Assembly: GCA_964595645.1 (NCBI GenBank)
Contig: CAZQQT010000002.1
Coordinates: 8,703-40,702, forward strand
Source of the DNA: an uncultured Thermococci archaeon
GTDB lineage: Archaea; Methanobacteriota_B; Thermococci; Methanofastidiosales; B48-G16
Reading direction: 5' to 3'
DNA: 32,000 bases
Under the pieces are notes generated by a model. It saw nothing but the letters and a program-made list of their open reading frames with translations, did no database searches and was not told where the DNA came from. This document shows positions 1-8,025 of this stretch, in pieces (position 1 is the stretch's first letter; every line of letters starts with the position of its first letter). The translations under genes and the position numbers were made by a program.

Positions 1-264
1 ACCTCGAACTTTACCAGCTACGCGAAGGAAGACTTCAATGATGAAGATCAAGAAAGATTAGCCGTATTCTTCAAAAAAATGGATAAAAAAGGCGCGTGCC
101 TCCTATTGAGCAACTCGGATCCGAAAAACGAAGATCTTGAAGATGATTTTTTCGATGACCTCTACGCTGACTATACTATTGAACGTGTTTCCGCAAAACG
201 ACATATCAACTGTGATGCATCGAACAGGGGGGAGATCAACGAACTCTTGGTACGAAATTATTAG
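1..264 (+). CDS. DNA adenine methyltransferase (Dam / D12-class N6-MTase), C-terminal fragment; the 5' end lies outside the window
   Basis: Frame 1 is open from nt 1 (TSNFTSYAKEDFNDEDQERLAVFFKKMDKKGACLLLSNSD...SAKRHINCDASNRGEINELLVRNY*). The LLLSNSD block and the R-x-IN...RG-x-x-x-ELL-x-NY tail resemble the C-terminus of Dam/DpnM-type MTases. The catalytic DPPY region is not in the window. Confidence 0.5.
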   Translation, partial: TSNFTSYAKEDFNDEDQERLAVFFKKMDKKGACLLLSNSDPKNEDLEDDFFDDLYADYTIERVSAKRHINCDASNRGEINELLVRNY

Positions 265-265
265 C

Positions 266-1486
266 TTAAGTTCCCTCTTCCCACGACGCCAGGTATTTTT
301 TCTGTATTTCGGTTAATTCATCTATAGATACACCAAGAGCGTCGAGTTTTATTCGTGCCACGCGATAATCTATCTTTTTCGGCACGTTGTGTACCTTCGG
401 TGTGAGATCGTGCTCGAGAATATACGCTGCAGAGAGTGCCTGAATACCGAAGCTCATATCCATGATCTCGATGGCATGGCCATCGGCACAGGCGAGGTTA
501 ACAAGTCTTCCCTCACCCAGAAGATGGAGATATTTCCCCTTGTATTTGTATGTAGTAATATTTTTCCGTGACTCTTCTTTCGGGTAGTTTTCCAAGGTTT
601 CCACATCTATTTCTATATTGAAGTGTCCAGAGTTGCAGAGAATGGCGTTATCCTTCATGAGGTTAAAGTGATCCTCGGTAACCACATCCCGGCAGCCCGT
701 GGCAGTAACAAAAATATCACCAATTTTCGCCGCTTCTGCCATGGACATGACTCTGAACCCATCCATATGCGCCTCCAAAGCTTTTATCTCATCGACCTCA
801 GTCACGATCACATCTGCACCCATTCCTCTCGCCCGCAGTGCGATGCCTCTGCCAACCCAACCGTATCCTGCAACGACGAAATTTTTTCCGGCAAGAATGA
901 CATTGGTGGTTCGCATTATCCCATCCAATGTGGACTGACCGGTACCATGTCTATTATCGAAGAGATGTTTGCAGTATGCATCGTTCACATTGATCACAGG
1001 AAATTGAAGTTTGCCTTCCTTCTCTAATGCCTTTAATCGTATTACGCCCGTCGTTGTCTCCTCACATCCTCCTTGAGGGTGAACATCTTCTTTATGTGCG
1101 TACGCAATCATATCCGCACCATCATCAATGATAATGTCCGGTGAAAACGCCATCACTGTCTCAAGGTTTTCGTAGTACTCCTCCTCGTTGAGCCCGTGCC
1201 ATGCGTACACATCCACTCCCTTCTTTACCAATGCTGCACAAACATCGTCCTGTGTGGACAATGGATTGCTCCCGGTAATCCGTACGTCGGCGCTACCTGC
1301 ATAAAATGTCTCTGCTAAAAAGGCTGTTTTTGCCTCAAGATGGAGACACATCCCAATTTTTATATTTTTAAAGGGTTTTTTATCTTCAAATTCGTTTTTA
1401 ATGGTGTTCAGAATCGGCATGAACGTTGAAGCCCACTCTATTTTTCTTTTGCCCTCCTCCGCTAATGAGATATCTTTGATGTTCAT
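266..1486 (-). CDS. ahcY: S-adenosyl-L-homocysteine hydrolase (adenosylhomocysteinase)
   Basis: Full-length match to the family pattern: [24 protein letters not shown], and the NAD-binding GYGWVGRG. I moved the start to [12 protein letters not shown] (ATG at 1486). That ATG forms an ATGA start/stop overlap with the upstream mtnP stop (1485-1483). Confidence 0.9.
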   Translation of the reverse strand: MNIKDISLAEEGKRKIEWASTFMPILNTIKNEFEDKKPFKNIKIGMCLHLEAKTAFLAETFYAGSADVRITGSNPLSTQDDVCAALVKKGVDVYAWHGLNEEEYYENLETVMAFSPDIIIDDGADMIAYAHKEDVHPQGGCEETTTGVIRLKALEKEGKLQFPVINVNDAYCKHLFDNRHGTGQSTLDGIMRTTNVILAGKNFVVAGYGWVGRGIALRARGMGADVIVTEVDEIKALEAHMDGFRVMSMAEAAKIGDIFVTATGCRDVVTEDHFNLMKDNAILCNSGHFNIEIDVETLENYPKEESRKNITTYKYKGKYLHLLGEGRLVNLACADGHAIEIMDMSFGIQALSAAYILEHDLTPKVHNVPKKIDYRVARIKLDALGVSIDELTEIQKKYLASWEEGT

Positions 1487-2241
1487 ACTGCTCCCTCTAA
1501 CGCATTTCCACACTGACATGTCCTCTCTTCTGGGATTTTCTCAATGACTTTTAAAAGTAACGTCCTCACATTCTCTCTATTCTCATCCATGGCTTCCTTT
1601 ACCTCGGTATGGGTGAGCTTTTCCTTCGTGATACCCGCGGCCATGTTCGTCACCATGGCGATAGTGCAGTAACAAATTTCCGCCTCTCGAGCGAAAATTA
1701 CTTCGGGAACATTGGTCATTGAGACAACGTCTGCGCCCAGCTTTTTGAACATCTGTATTTCTGCTGGAGTCTCGAATCGTGGGCCCTCTGTACAGACGTA
1801 CGTTCCTTCGTAGACGGTGATTCCTTCCTTTTTTCCTGTATCCTTCACAATATTCCGCAGTTCTGGACAGTACGGTTCTGAGAGATCGACATGAACGACT
1901 CTATCGTCGTAAAGCGTGTAGTTTCGTTTCTTAGTAAAATCAATGAACTGGGTCAGCACCACGAAATCTCGAGGGGAGAACTTTGGGTTCAATGATCCTA
2001 CTGCTGTGGTAGCAAGAATTCGTGAAACTCCTAATTTTCTTAAGGCGAGGATATTTGCTCTGTAATTTATTTTATGAGGGGGTATCGAATGGTTTTCTCC
2101 GTGTCGTGCCAGAAATGCGACATCCTCTCCATCTATCTCCGCAATTTTTAGCTCTACTTCTCCATAACGTGTCTTCACATGCTGTGATTCGGCAGTGTTG
2201 AAAAGACGGTACACTCCTGAACCGCCGATAACTCCTATCAT
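1483..2241 (-). CDS. mtnP: 5'-methylthioadenosine phosphorylase (PNP family 2)
   Basis: Motifs: [10 protein letters not shown]-terminus, [42 protein letters not shown]. The ORF-track start at 2262 is a GTG. The ATG at 2241 is preceded by an AAGGAGAG SD-like sequence. Confidence 0.85.
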   Translation of the reverse strand: MIGVIGGSGVYRLFNTAESQHVKTRYGEVELKIAEIDGEDVAFLARHGENHSIPPHKINYRANILALRKLGVSRILATTAVGSLNPKFSPRDFVVLTQFIDFTKKRNYTLYDDRVVHVDLSEPYCPELRNIVKDTGKKEGITVYEGTYVCTEGPRFETPAEIQMFKKLGADVVSMTNVPEVIFAREAEICYCTIAMVTNMAAGITKEKLTHTEVKEAMDENRENVRTLLLKVIEKIPEERTCQCGNALEGAV

Positions 2242-2313
2242 GCCTTCTTCTCTCCTTTCCACCTTTTATCTTTATGGGTAAAATTTTTATGTTTCACTCG
2301 CGTGATTGTTGTA

Positions 2314-2679
2314 ATGGTGTGTTTCGTTATTTTTCGGACGGACTCAATTAAAAAGGCCCTGACAGCGTTGACAGATCTCGGGCGGTACGGAAAGGTACAG
2401 GTCTACGATCCGAAGATCATCCCCTCGGAGACCGTGAAGGAGATAATGTCCGATCTCTGTGGAGGAATAAAGAATCCTAAGAGTGTGAACATTATCGCTA
2501 AAACAAAAGAAAGAGGAGGGAAGGTAATCGCATCACTCAAGAGAATTCATCCCCCGGCACACCTCATCGTCGTCACACCCCGATATGAGATATTCACTGA
2601 ACTCCTCACTGAGTTTGCGGAATACCGATCACTCCAAGGGTTCAACCCACCAAAAAAAATACTTGGATCCATGGGATAG
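2314..2679 (+). CDS. Hypothetical small protein; possible stand-alone pyruvate-kinase C-terminal (PK_C)-like alpha/beta domain
   Basis: The ORF-track start at 2302 is a GTG. The ATG at 2314 lies about 27 nt downstream of an AATTTTTAT TATA-like box (2281-2290), which suggests a leaderless start. The segment VNIIAKTKERGGKVIASLKRIHPPAHLIVVTPRYEIF resembles the PK_C pattern (A-x-I-x-x-T-x-x-G-x-x-x-x-x-x-S-x-x-R-P-x-x-P-I-x-x-x-T). That assignment is tentative. Confidence 0.5.
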   Translation: MVCFVIFRTDSIKKALTALTDLGRYGKVQVYDPKIIPSETVKEIMSDLCGGIKNPKSVNIIAKTKERGGKVIASLKRIHPPAHLIVVTPRYEIFTELLTEFAEYRSLQGFNPPKKILGSMG

Positions 2680-2694
2680 AAAGTTTCCCTCCAT

Positions 2695-3999
2695 TCATTC
2701 AAGCAATCTTCGTACGATCTCCTCTGCGGATCCCGTGTAATTCCTTGGATCAAGTGCACTCTCTATCTCTTCTTCGCTAAGATACTTTTTTACAGTCTCA
2801 TTTTTCATCAGGGCGTCTTTAAAATCTTCTTTTTTATGTGTGATTGTCCTTAGAAGCTCATGTGCCTCCTGTCTCCCACACCCCTTCTCAACGAGTCTGA
2901 TCATCACCGCTTCTGCCATGTTTCTCCCTTTGAGGAGATTGAGATTTTTCTCAATGTTTTCCGGATAAAATACAACATTTCTAAGAACTCTTGTTGTCCC
3001 TTTCAATATTTCGTCCAAGAGAATAAATGTTTCAGGGAGTATTGCCCGCTCACATGAGGAGTTCGTGAGATCCCGCTCGTGCCATAGGGGATTATTAAGT
3101 AACGCAGGCATCACATTCGCGTAGATAATCCGTGCGAGACCACATATCTTCTCTGAAGTGATGGGATTCTTTTTGTGAGGCATCGTTGAGGATCCCACCT
3201 GTTTTTTTCCGAAAGATTCGGCAATTTCCAGTATTTCTGTTCGTTGGAGGTTTCTGATCTCCAATGCAATTTTATTGAGTGTTGAAGCGAGGATCGCCAG
3301 TGAAGAAATTATTTCTGCGTAAGTATCACGTTGGACAAGCTGGTTAGATATTCTTGCCATTGGTATTTCTAAATCCTCCCCCACCATTTTCTGAAGCTCT
3401 GGTCCATCCTTAAAAGATGCCATGGTCCCCACTGCGCCAGCCATTTTCCCGAAAACGCGTGTTTTCGCGTTTTGAATCCTTTCAATGTTTCTCCTCGTCT
3501 CATCGAGAAAAATCCCGAACTTCATGCCGTAGGTGGTAGGGATAGAGTGCTGGCCATGAGTTCTCCCAATACATACCCTGCTTATGTTCTCTTCAGTGAG
3601 ATCTGCGAGAATCGACTCTAATTCCTTTAGATCTTTTAATACAATGACTAACGCTTTTTTCAGCTGGAGGGCGGTGGTAGTATCGATGATATCATTAGAG
3701 GTCGCACCCAAATGAACATACCCCCCATGGTCGCACTGTTCTGCAAGTGCCTTCACCACTGCCATGATATCATGCTTAATTTCGTCTTCTATCTCCGTTA
3801 CCCTTCTCACTGTGACATAATCAGTACTCGCCTTCCGGGAGATTTCATCCGCCGCCTCCTGTGGTATATGACCTAGTTTCGCATGGGCACGGACAAGTGC
3901 CGCCTCCACATCTAACATGAACTGGAGCTTCGTTTCCTCCTCAAATACCTCTCTCATTTCATTACTGCCATACCGATAATCTATTGGATGTGTCGCCAT
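2695..3999 (-). CDS. purB: Adenylosuccinate lyase
   Basis: Fumarate-lyase superfamily signature SSTMPHKKNP, plus GATSNDIIDT and GRTHGQHSIP. The length (434 aa) is typical. An AGGTGA SD lies about 5 nt upstream of the ATG at 3999. Confidence 0.9.
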   Translation of the reverse strand: MATHPIDYRYGSNEMREVFEEETKLQFMLDVEAALVRAHAKLGHIPQEAADEISRKASTDYVTVRRVTEIEDEIKHDIMAVVKALAEQCDHGGYVHLGATSNDIIDTTTALQLKKALVIVLKDLKELESILADLTEENISRVCIGRTHGQHSIPTTYGMKFGIFLDETRRNIERIQNAKTRVFGKMAGAVGTMASFKDGPELQKMVGEDLEIPMARISNQLVQRDTYAEIISSLAILASTLNKIALEIRNLQRTEILEIAESFGKKQVGSSTMPHKKNPITSEKICGLARIIYANVMPALLNNPLWHERDLTNSSCERAILPETFILLDEILKGTTRVLRNVVFYPENIEKNLNLLKGRNMAEAVMIRLVEKGCGRQEAHELLRTITHKKEDFKDALMKNETVKKYLSEEEIESALDPRNYTGSAEEIVRRLLE

Positions 4000-4060
4000 T
4001 TTTTCACCTACAGTATCCTATATGTGATACTACTTTCTTATAAATTCTTTAAAAGTTTTG

Positions 4061-4074
4061 CCGGATATATCCGG
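4061..4074. repeat. Perfect 14-nt palindrome CCGGATATATCCGG between the minD stop and the purB promoter region; function unknown (terminator hairpin or operator)
   Basis: Read directly from the sequence. It lies 7 nt downstream of the minD stop codon (4081-4083) and about 15-25 nt upstream of a TTTATAA-like box (about 4038-4046, minus strand) that precedes purB. Confidence 0.5.
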
Positions 4075-4080
4075 ATGTTC

Positions 4081-4854
4081 CTACCTCCCAAAGATAGAAG
4101 AGATAAATCGCTGTACGATACCTTCTCTCTTATACTCGAATTTTTCGCCCACGAGATCCGCAGCGAGCTTTTTATACGCAATTGCAGCTGTACTGTTCGG
4201 ATTTGAGATCACCACAGGACTTCGTTCCTCCACAGAGGTTATTACCGATGGATCTTCTGGGATTTGTGCCACCACGTCGAGATCGAATACCTTTTCCACC
4301 TTTTCCTTTGTTACTTTCCCCCCGTTTTCTCTTACTCTATTGAGAACTATCCCACGAATGGCAGTCTCAATGGTCTCCGCCATGAGTTTTATTTTCAGTC
4401 CATCGGACACAGAGGATACTTCAGGATTCAGTACCAGCAGTATCTCATCTGCAATAGCCATGGGAATAATTCCATCCTTTCCCAATCCTGCAGGTGCATC
4501 AATTAATAGAAATTCGGCCTCCTCCAAAAGTCCCATAAGCACCTCCTGGAGTTTCTCCGGGTGCGATTTCTGGAAACCTGCAAGTGAGATCCCGCAGGGG
4601 ACGATCGTGACACCCTTCGGGCCCTGGTACATTGCTTCCTTTATATCCTTCTCTCCAGCAAGGACATCGTGCAGCGTCACCTCCACCTCCTCCATCCCAA
4701 GGAGGAGCGCAAGGTTTGCCATAGCAATATCAGCATCCAAAATTATTGTTTTTCTACCAATTTCTGAGAGAGCAATACCCAAATTGACAGTAGTCGTTGT
4801 CTTCCCTGTACCTCCTTTGCCCGACGCTACTGTGATGACCTTTATGTTCTGCAT
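4081..4854 (-). CDS. minD: MinD/ParA-family P-loop ATPase (archaeal MinD-type)
   Basis: Deviant Walker A (SGKGGTGKTTTTVNLG), a Walker B-like LLIDAPAG, and a typical length of 257 aa. The C-terminal GIVQRFISSIFGR looks like an amphipathic membrane-targeting helix. Confidence 0.85.
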   Translation of the reverse strand: MQNIKVITVASGKGGTGKTTTTVNLGIALSEIGRKTIILDADIAMANLALLLGMEEVEVTLHDVLAGEKDIKEAMYQGPKGVTIVPCGISLAGFQKSHPEKLQEVLMGLLEEAEFLLIDAPAGLGKDGIIPMAIADEILLVLNPEVSSVSDGLKIKLMAETIETAIRGIVLNRVRENGGKVTKEKVEKVFDLDVVAQIPEDPSVITSVEERSPVVISNPNSTAAIAYKKLAADLVGEKFEYKREGIVQRFISSIFGR

Positions 4855-4874
4855 ACCAATAATTAGAAAGAAAG

Positions 4875-4884
4875 TTTTATAAAG
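4875..4884. promoter_or_regulatory. TATA-like element (TTTTATAAAG / CTTTATAAAA) in the 70-bp divergent control region between minD and the coiled-coil gene
   Basis: The box centre is about 26 nt from the minD ATG (4854), which is leaderless geometry. It is about 45 nt from the ATG at 4925, which has a GGTGA SD at 4916-4920. The box sits inside a 2-copy tandem repeat, AAAGTTTTAT/AAAGTTTTGT (4871-4890). Confidence 0.4.
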
Positions 4885-4924
4885 TTTTGTTTATTAAAAA
4901 TAAAAAGTATGAAAAGGTGACGAA

Positions 4925-5980
4925 ATGCCCTTTGGTCTTTCTGAAGAAGATAAAGAAACGTTGGAGTATATAAAAGAACAGGTATCTACCTATAAAGAGC
5001 TTGTAGAAAAAGCAATTAAAAATGCAAAAACAGTAGAGAAGCATCAAAAAATAGCTGAAAAAATAGAAAATTCTGTTGAAGGCTATTTAGAAGAACTTCA
5101 GAGACACAGAGACACCCTAGAAAGTAGAGAAGAAAATATAAAGGAACTTGAAGAGCTTCTGTCCTCGCGGAAGGAGGACGTGGAAGAACATGAAACATCT
5201 CTATCCTCGCTTATTGAAAAAATAAATGACAATATTGAAGAGATCGCCAGTTCACACAGTAAAACCTTGGATCTTGAAGAAAGGATCTTCGCAGAGAGAG
5301 ATGATCTGATAAAGGAAAAACAAGAATTAGGAAAAAGAGAAAAGAGATTGGAGGAAAAAAAGCAAAAATTAGATGAAAAAATCGAAACACTGCCGCAATT
5401 GAAGGAAAAGAAAAAAAGCCTGCAAAAAGACATAGAAGAACTTGAAACAAAGAAAGATAATCTGGTGCAGAGAGTAGAAGAACTCGCTGAGAGAGAAAAA
5501 AAGCTCAATGAACATGAAAAAGAGTTACTTGACAGAGAAGCAACACTGAATGAGAGAGAATCAAAACTTAACAAAAAAGAGAGCTCTCTAGAAGACTGGA
5601 AAAGGGAGCTTCTCGAAAAAGAAAATGAATATAAAGATATTGAAGAAAGAAGAGAAGAAATAATCGAAAAAGAGGCAGTATTTGAAGAACTAAAAGAAAA
5701 GATTGATACTCTCGAGAGTCATGTCGAAACGATGAAAAAAAGAAAAGAAGAACTGGAGAAAGAGCTAGAAGAAGCGGAGTACAATACAGAAATAAAAAAT
5801 AAAAAGCTTGAAAGCATTACACAAACGTTGGAGGAGAGAGAACAGAAGAAAGATAGCTTGGAAAAAAGAACTACTGCTCTTGAGGAACACAAAAATAAAA
5901 TAAAAGCTGAAATAAAGGATCTAAAAAGCAAAAAAATGCAACTTGAGACCGATGTAAAGGCTCTAAGAAAAGAAATTTAA
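4925..5980 (+). CDS. Coiled-coil protein, E/K-rich, 351 aa, with no TM segment and no enzymatic motif
   Basis: The ORF is continuous with an SD (GGTGA) upstream. The sequence is almost entirely heptad-like (for example REKKLNE HEKELLD REATLNE RESKLNK KESSLED). The purine-rich coding strand explains the long S/F-rich antisense ORFs. Confidence 0.8.
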   Translation: MPFGLSEEDKETLEYIKEQVSTYKELVEKAIKNAKTVEKHQKIAEKIENSVEGYLEELQRHRDTLESREENIKELEELLSSRKEDVEEHETSLSSLIEKINDNIEEIASSHSKTLDLEERIFAERDDLIKEKQELGKREKRLEEKKQKLDEKIETLPQLKEKKKSLQKDIEELETKKDNLVQRVEELAEREKKLNEHEKELLDREATLNERESKLNKKESSLEDWKRELLEKENEYKDIEERREEIIEKEAVFEELKEKIDTLESHVETMKKRKEELEKELEEAEYNTEIKNKKLESITQTLEEREQKKDSLEKRTTALEEHKNKIKAEIKDLKSKKMQLETDVKALRKEI

Positions 5981-6438
5981 TCATTGGCTAAGAAATCCAT
6001 ATCTTCTTTCTGGAGTATCTTTTTTATTTCGTCCTTCGACGGAGTACTGATCCCCAGTTCTTCCATGACTTTTATTCTCTCTACATCTTCCTTCCTCAGT
6101 GCTTCTTTCTTTGTGGGTCTCCACGATACCAACGGCGCTTTTTTTACATCGGTGTACCAGTGGTATGTATAGGCAGCCCGTTCCTTCTCCAGAAAATAGA
6201 CACGTACCACGCCTTCTGCTTTCAAGATCTCTTTTACCGCCTCATTCCCTGCTATTTCCTCCCACGTAGCACAAAATGGTGGTCCATCAATAAGAAGAAG
6301 TTCACCATGAGTATTCTTCCCCTCCACCTCGACGACTCCTGTAAATCCATCCTCCATTAAAAAGAATATATACGATTCTAAGTCAAACTCTCCAGTCTTA
6401 AACTGCTCCTTTTTCTCGCCCACAGGGAATCGCATCAT
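5977..6438 (-). CDS. Hypothetical protein, possible DUF4388/PATAN-like N-terminal domain
   Basis: The segment GEFDLESYIFFLMEDGFTGVVEVEGKNTHGELLLIDGPPFCATWEEIAGNEAVKEIL resembles the DUF4388 pattern (G-x-L..l..ll..l....tGvL.v.....g.i.f..G.iv.A....G.eA...ll). It has its own TATA-like box (ACTTTTTAAGG on the minus strand, about 6459-6469). The domain call is tentative. Confidence 0.6.
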   Translation of the reverse strand: MMRFPVGEKKEQFKTGEFDLESYIFFLMEDGFTGVVEVEGKNTHGELLLIDGPPFCATWEEIAGNEAVKEILKAEGVVRVYFLEKERAAYTYHWYTDVKKAPLVSWRPTKKEALRKEDVERIKVMEELGISTPSKDEIKKILQKEDMDFLAND

Positions 6439-6479
6439 TGTTTCCTTTTTCTTTTGTACCTTAAAAAGTATTGCGCATA

Positions 6480-8021
6480 CTACTTAAAATTTGTTATCAT
6501 TGTTTTGTGGGTCTTTAAGTTAAAGATAGGAACCTTGCAGGGGGTAGGGACCATATTTCGAAGTACCTGATACTCTGTCTGTGCCTGCCATGTGCCAGAG
6601 TTTATCAACGTCGTGCCCCGGTAAATCTCATGTCCGTAGACATGGACGTGCCCCGTATGGAAAAGGTCTGGTACATCCTCTATAAGGAGATAATCCTCCC
6701 TTTCGGGGACAATCCCTGTTTTTTTTCCATATATTGGCCCTAAGTGCCTTTTTTTAAACATCTGAATCATCGGTGATACCACATCGTCCTGTGGTACTCC
6801 CATAGTTTCAACCATATCAAAAATCGTGTCTCCATGATATACAAGTGTTTTCACTCCATGCATCGAGAAAAATGCTGGGTTGCTCACCATACACACGTTG
6901 TCCATCCCACATATCTCTGGGGCGAACTCCTCGGTAAGCGGAGGCTGAGGAACGCCTGATCTCACGGCATCGTGATTCCCGGGGGAAAGGATGATCTGAA
7001 TATAATCAGGCACGAGGGAAAGGAATTCATATAATCTTTGATACTGTTTGTGTATGCTCATGATCTCGAGATCCTTCTGTTGGTTGGGATACACCCCGAT
7101 TCCCTCCACGAGATCACCTGCAACAACAAGATACTTTACTTTAGATGCAGTATGCTGCTGTTTTTCGTTTCCAGTTTTTAAATTGAGCCATTTTAGAAAC
7201 CGTAAAAACTCCTTTTCCAAGAAATTTTTGCTTCCCACATGTATATCGGATATTAACACTGAATAGAGCTCAATATTACTTCTACTCACTTCCCGACCAG
7301 TGGGCACATCAGGAAATTCAATGTTCCTCGCAAAGATGATATCTCCACCGCACTTTCCCTCCACGTAGAGTACCTCATCCTCAAAGATGAGATGTGTGTT
7401 GATATTAGATTTTTTTGAGATAAAGACCTTCGTGACACCTGAAGGATCCTCTATTGTAAGTATCGTATTTTTCGTACGCGCACGAAATTTCTCCCGGACC
7501 ATCCCAACGACCTTGACATTGTCTCCTTCCTTAATCGTGTTGATATGTTGGAAATCCCGTAATGTGGCTCTTTCCTTAAAAATTTTAGAAATCTTTTCGT
7601 ATCGATCCTTGAAGGTTTCCAAGAAATCCTCAAATGTTCCCTCACTATCTGTCTTCATCTCTTTTAATATGCGAAAATCGGCATCCGCGTCCTTTGCTGG
7701 AATGTCTCTGCTTGTTTTCGCAGACTCCTCTATATCTTTTTTTGTTAGTTTATCAAGCATTTTTTCTTCTTTTTTAAACGTGAAATCCTTTTCTTCCATT
7801 TGCGGTAAAAATAGATCTAGGAGTGTTGATTTTTCCGCTATCGTTATGTCTTCCTTCTTTAGATAATCAATATACTTCTTTAACGTTTCTGTATCAATGC
7901 CCTCTTCATGAATATACTCATATGCATCCTCTGCTAACACAATACCATTAGTATAGAACAGTGAAACTATATTCTCCTCTGGTACAGTTACAGCTTTCCT
8001 TCTCTGTGCTTCCGCTTCCAT
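6480..8021 (-). CDS. DNA polymerase II (PolD) small subunit DP1
   Basis: Calcineurin-like phosphoesterase motifs in the expected order: ISDIHVGS, VVAGDLVEG, SPGNHD, YHGD, HTGHVH. An OB-like region (VKVVGMV...) is also present. I set the start at MEAEAQ (ATG 8021), 4 nt after the orc1 stop. The longer ORF-track start would overlap orc1 by 68 nt. Confidence 0.9.
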   Translation of the reverse strand: MEAEAQRRKAVTVPEENIVSLFYTNGIVLAEDAYEYIHEEGIDTETLKKYIDYLKKEDITIAEKSTLLDLFLPQMEEKDFTFKKEEKMLDKLTKKDIEESAKTSRDIPAKDADADFRILKEMKTDSEGTFEDFLETFKDRYEKISKIFKERATLRDFQHINTIKEGDNVKVVGMVREKFRARTKNTILTIEDPSGVTKVFISKKSNINTHLIFEDEVLYVEGKCGGDIIFARNIEFPDVPTGREVSRSNIELYSVLISDIHVGSKNFLEKEFLRFLKWLNLKTGNEKQQHTASKVKYLVVAGDLVEGIGVYPNQQKDLEIMSIHKQYQRLYEFLSLVPDYIQIILSPGNHDAVRSGVPQPPLTEEFAPEICGMDNVCMVSNPAFFSMHGVKTLVYHGDTIFDMVETMGVPQDDVVSPMIQMFKKRHLGPIYGKKTGIVPEREDYLLIEDVPDLFHTGHVHVYGHEIYRGTTLINSGTWQAQTEYQVLRNMVPTPCKVPIFNLKTHKTMITNFK

Positions 8022-8025
8022 TTCA

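Noticed and set aside
4058-4882. A 274-aa ORF on the plus strand that spans the whole minD locus
   Set aside because: It is exactly antisense to a gene with clear MinD motifs (Walker A and others). Its product is S/T/I/F-rich and low in complexity with no motif. It is most likely a codon-bias artefact.
5098-5574. S/F/L-rich antisense ORFs inside the coiled-coil gene (5016-5198, 5098-5574, 5211-5450, 5719-5931)
   Set aside because: The sense strand is purine-rich GAA/AAA/GAG repeats, so the complement is stop-poor TTC/TTT/CTC. The translations are low-complexity and lack starts with promoter or SD support.
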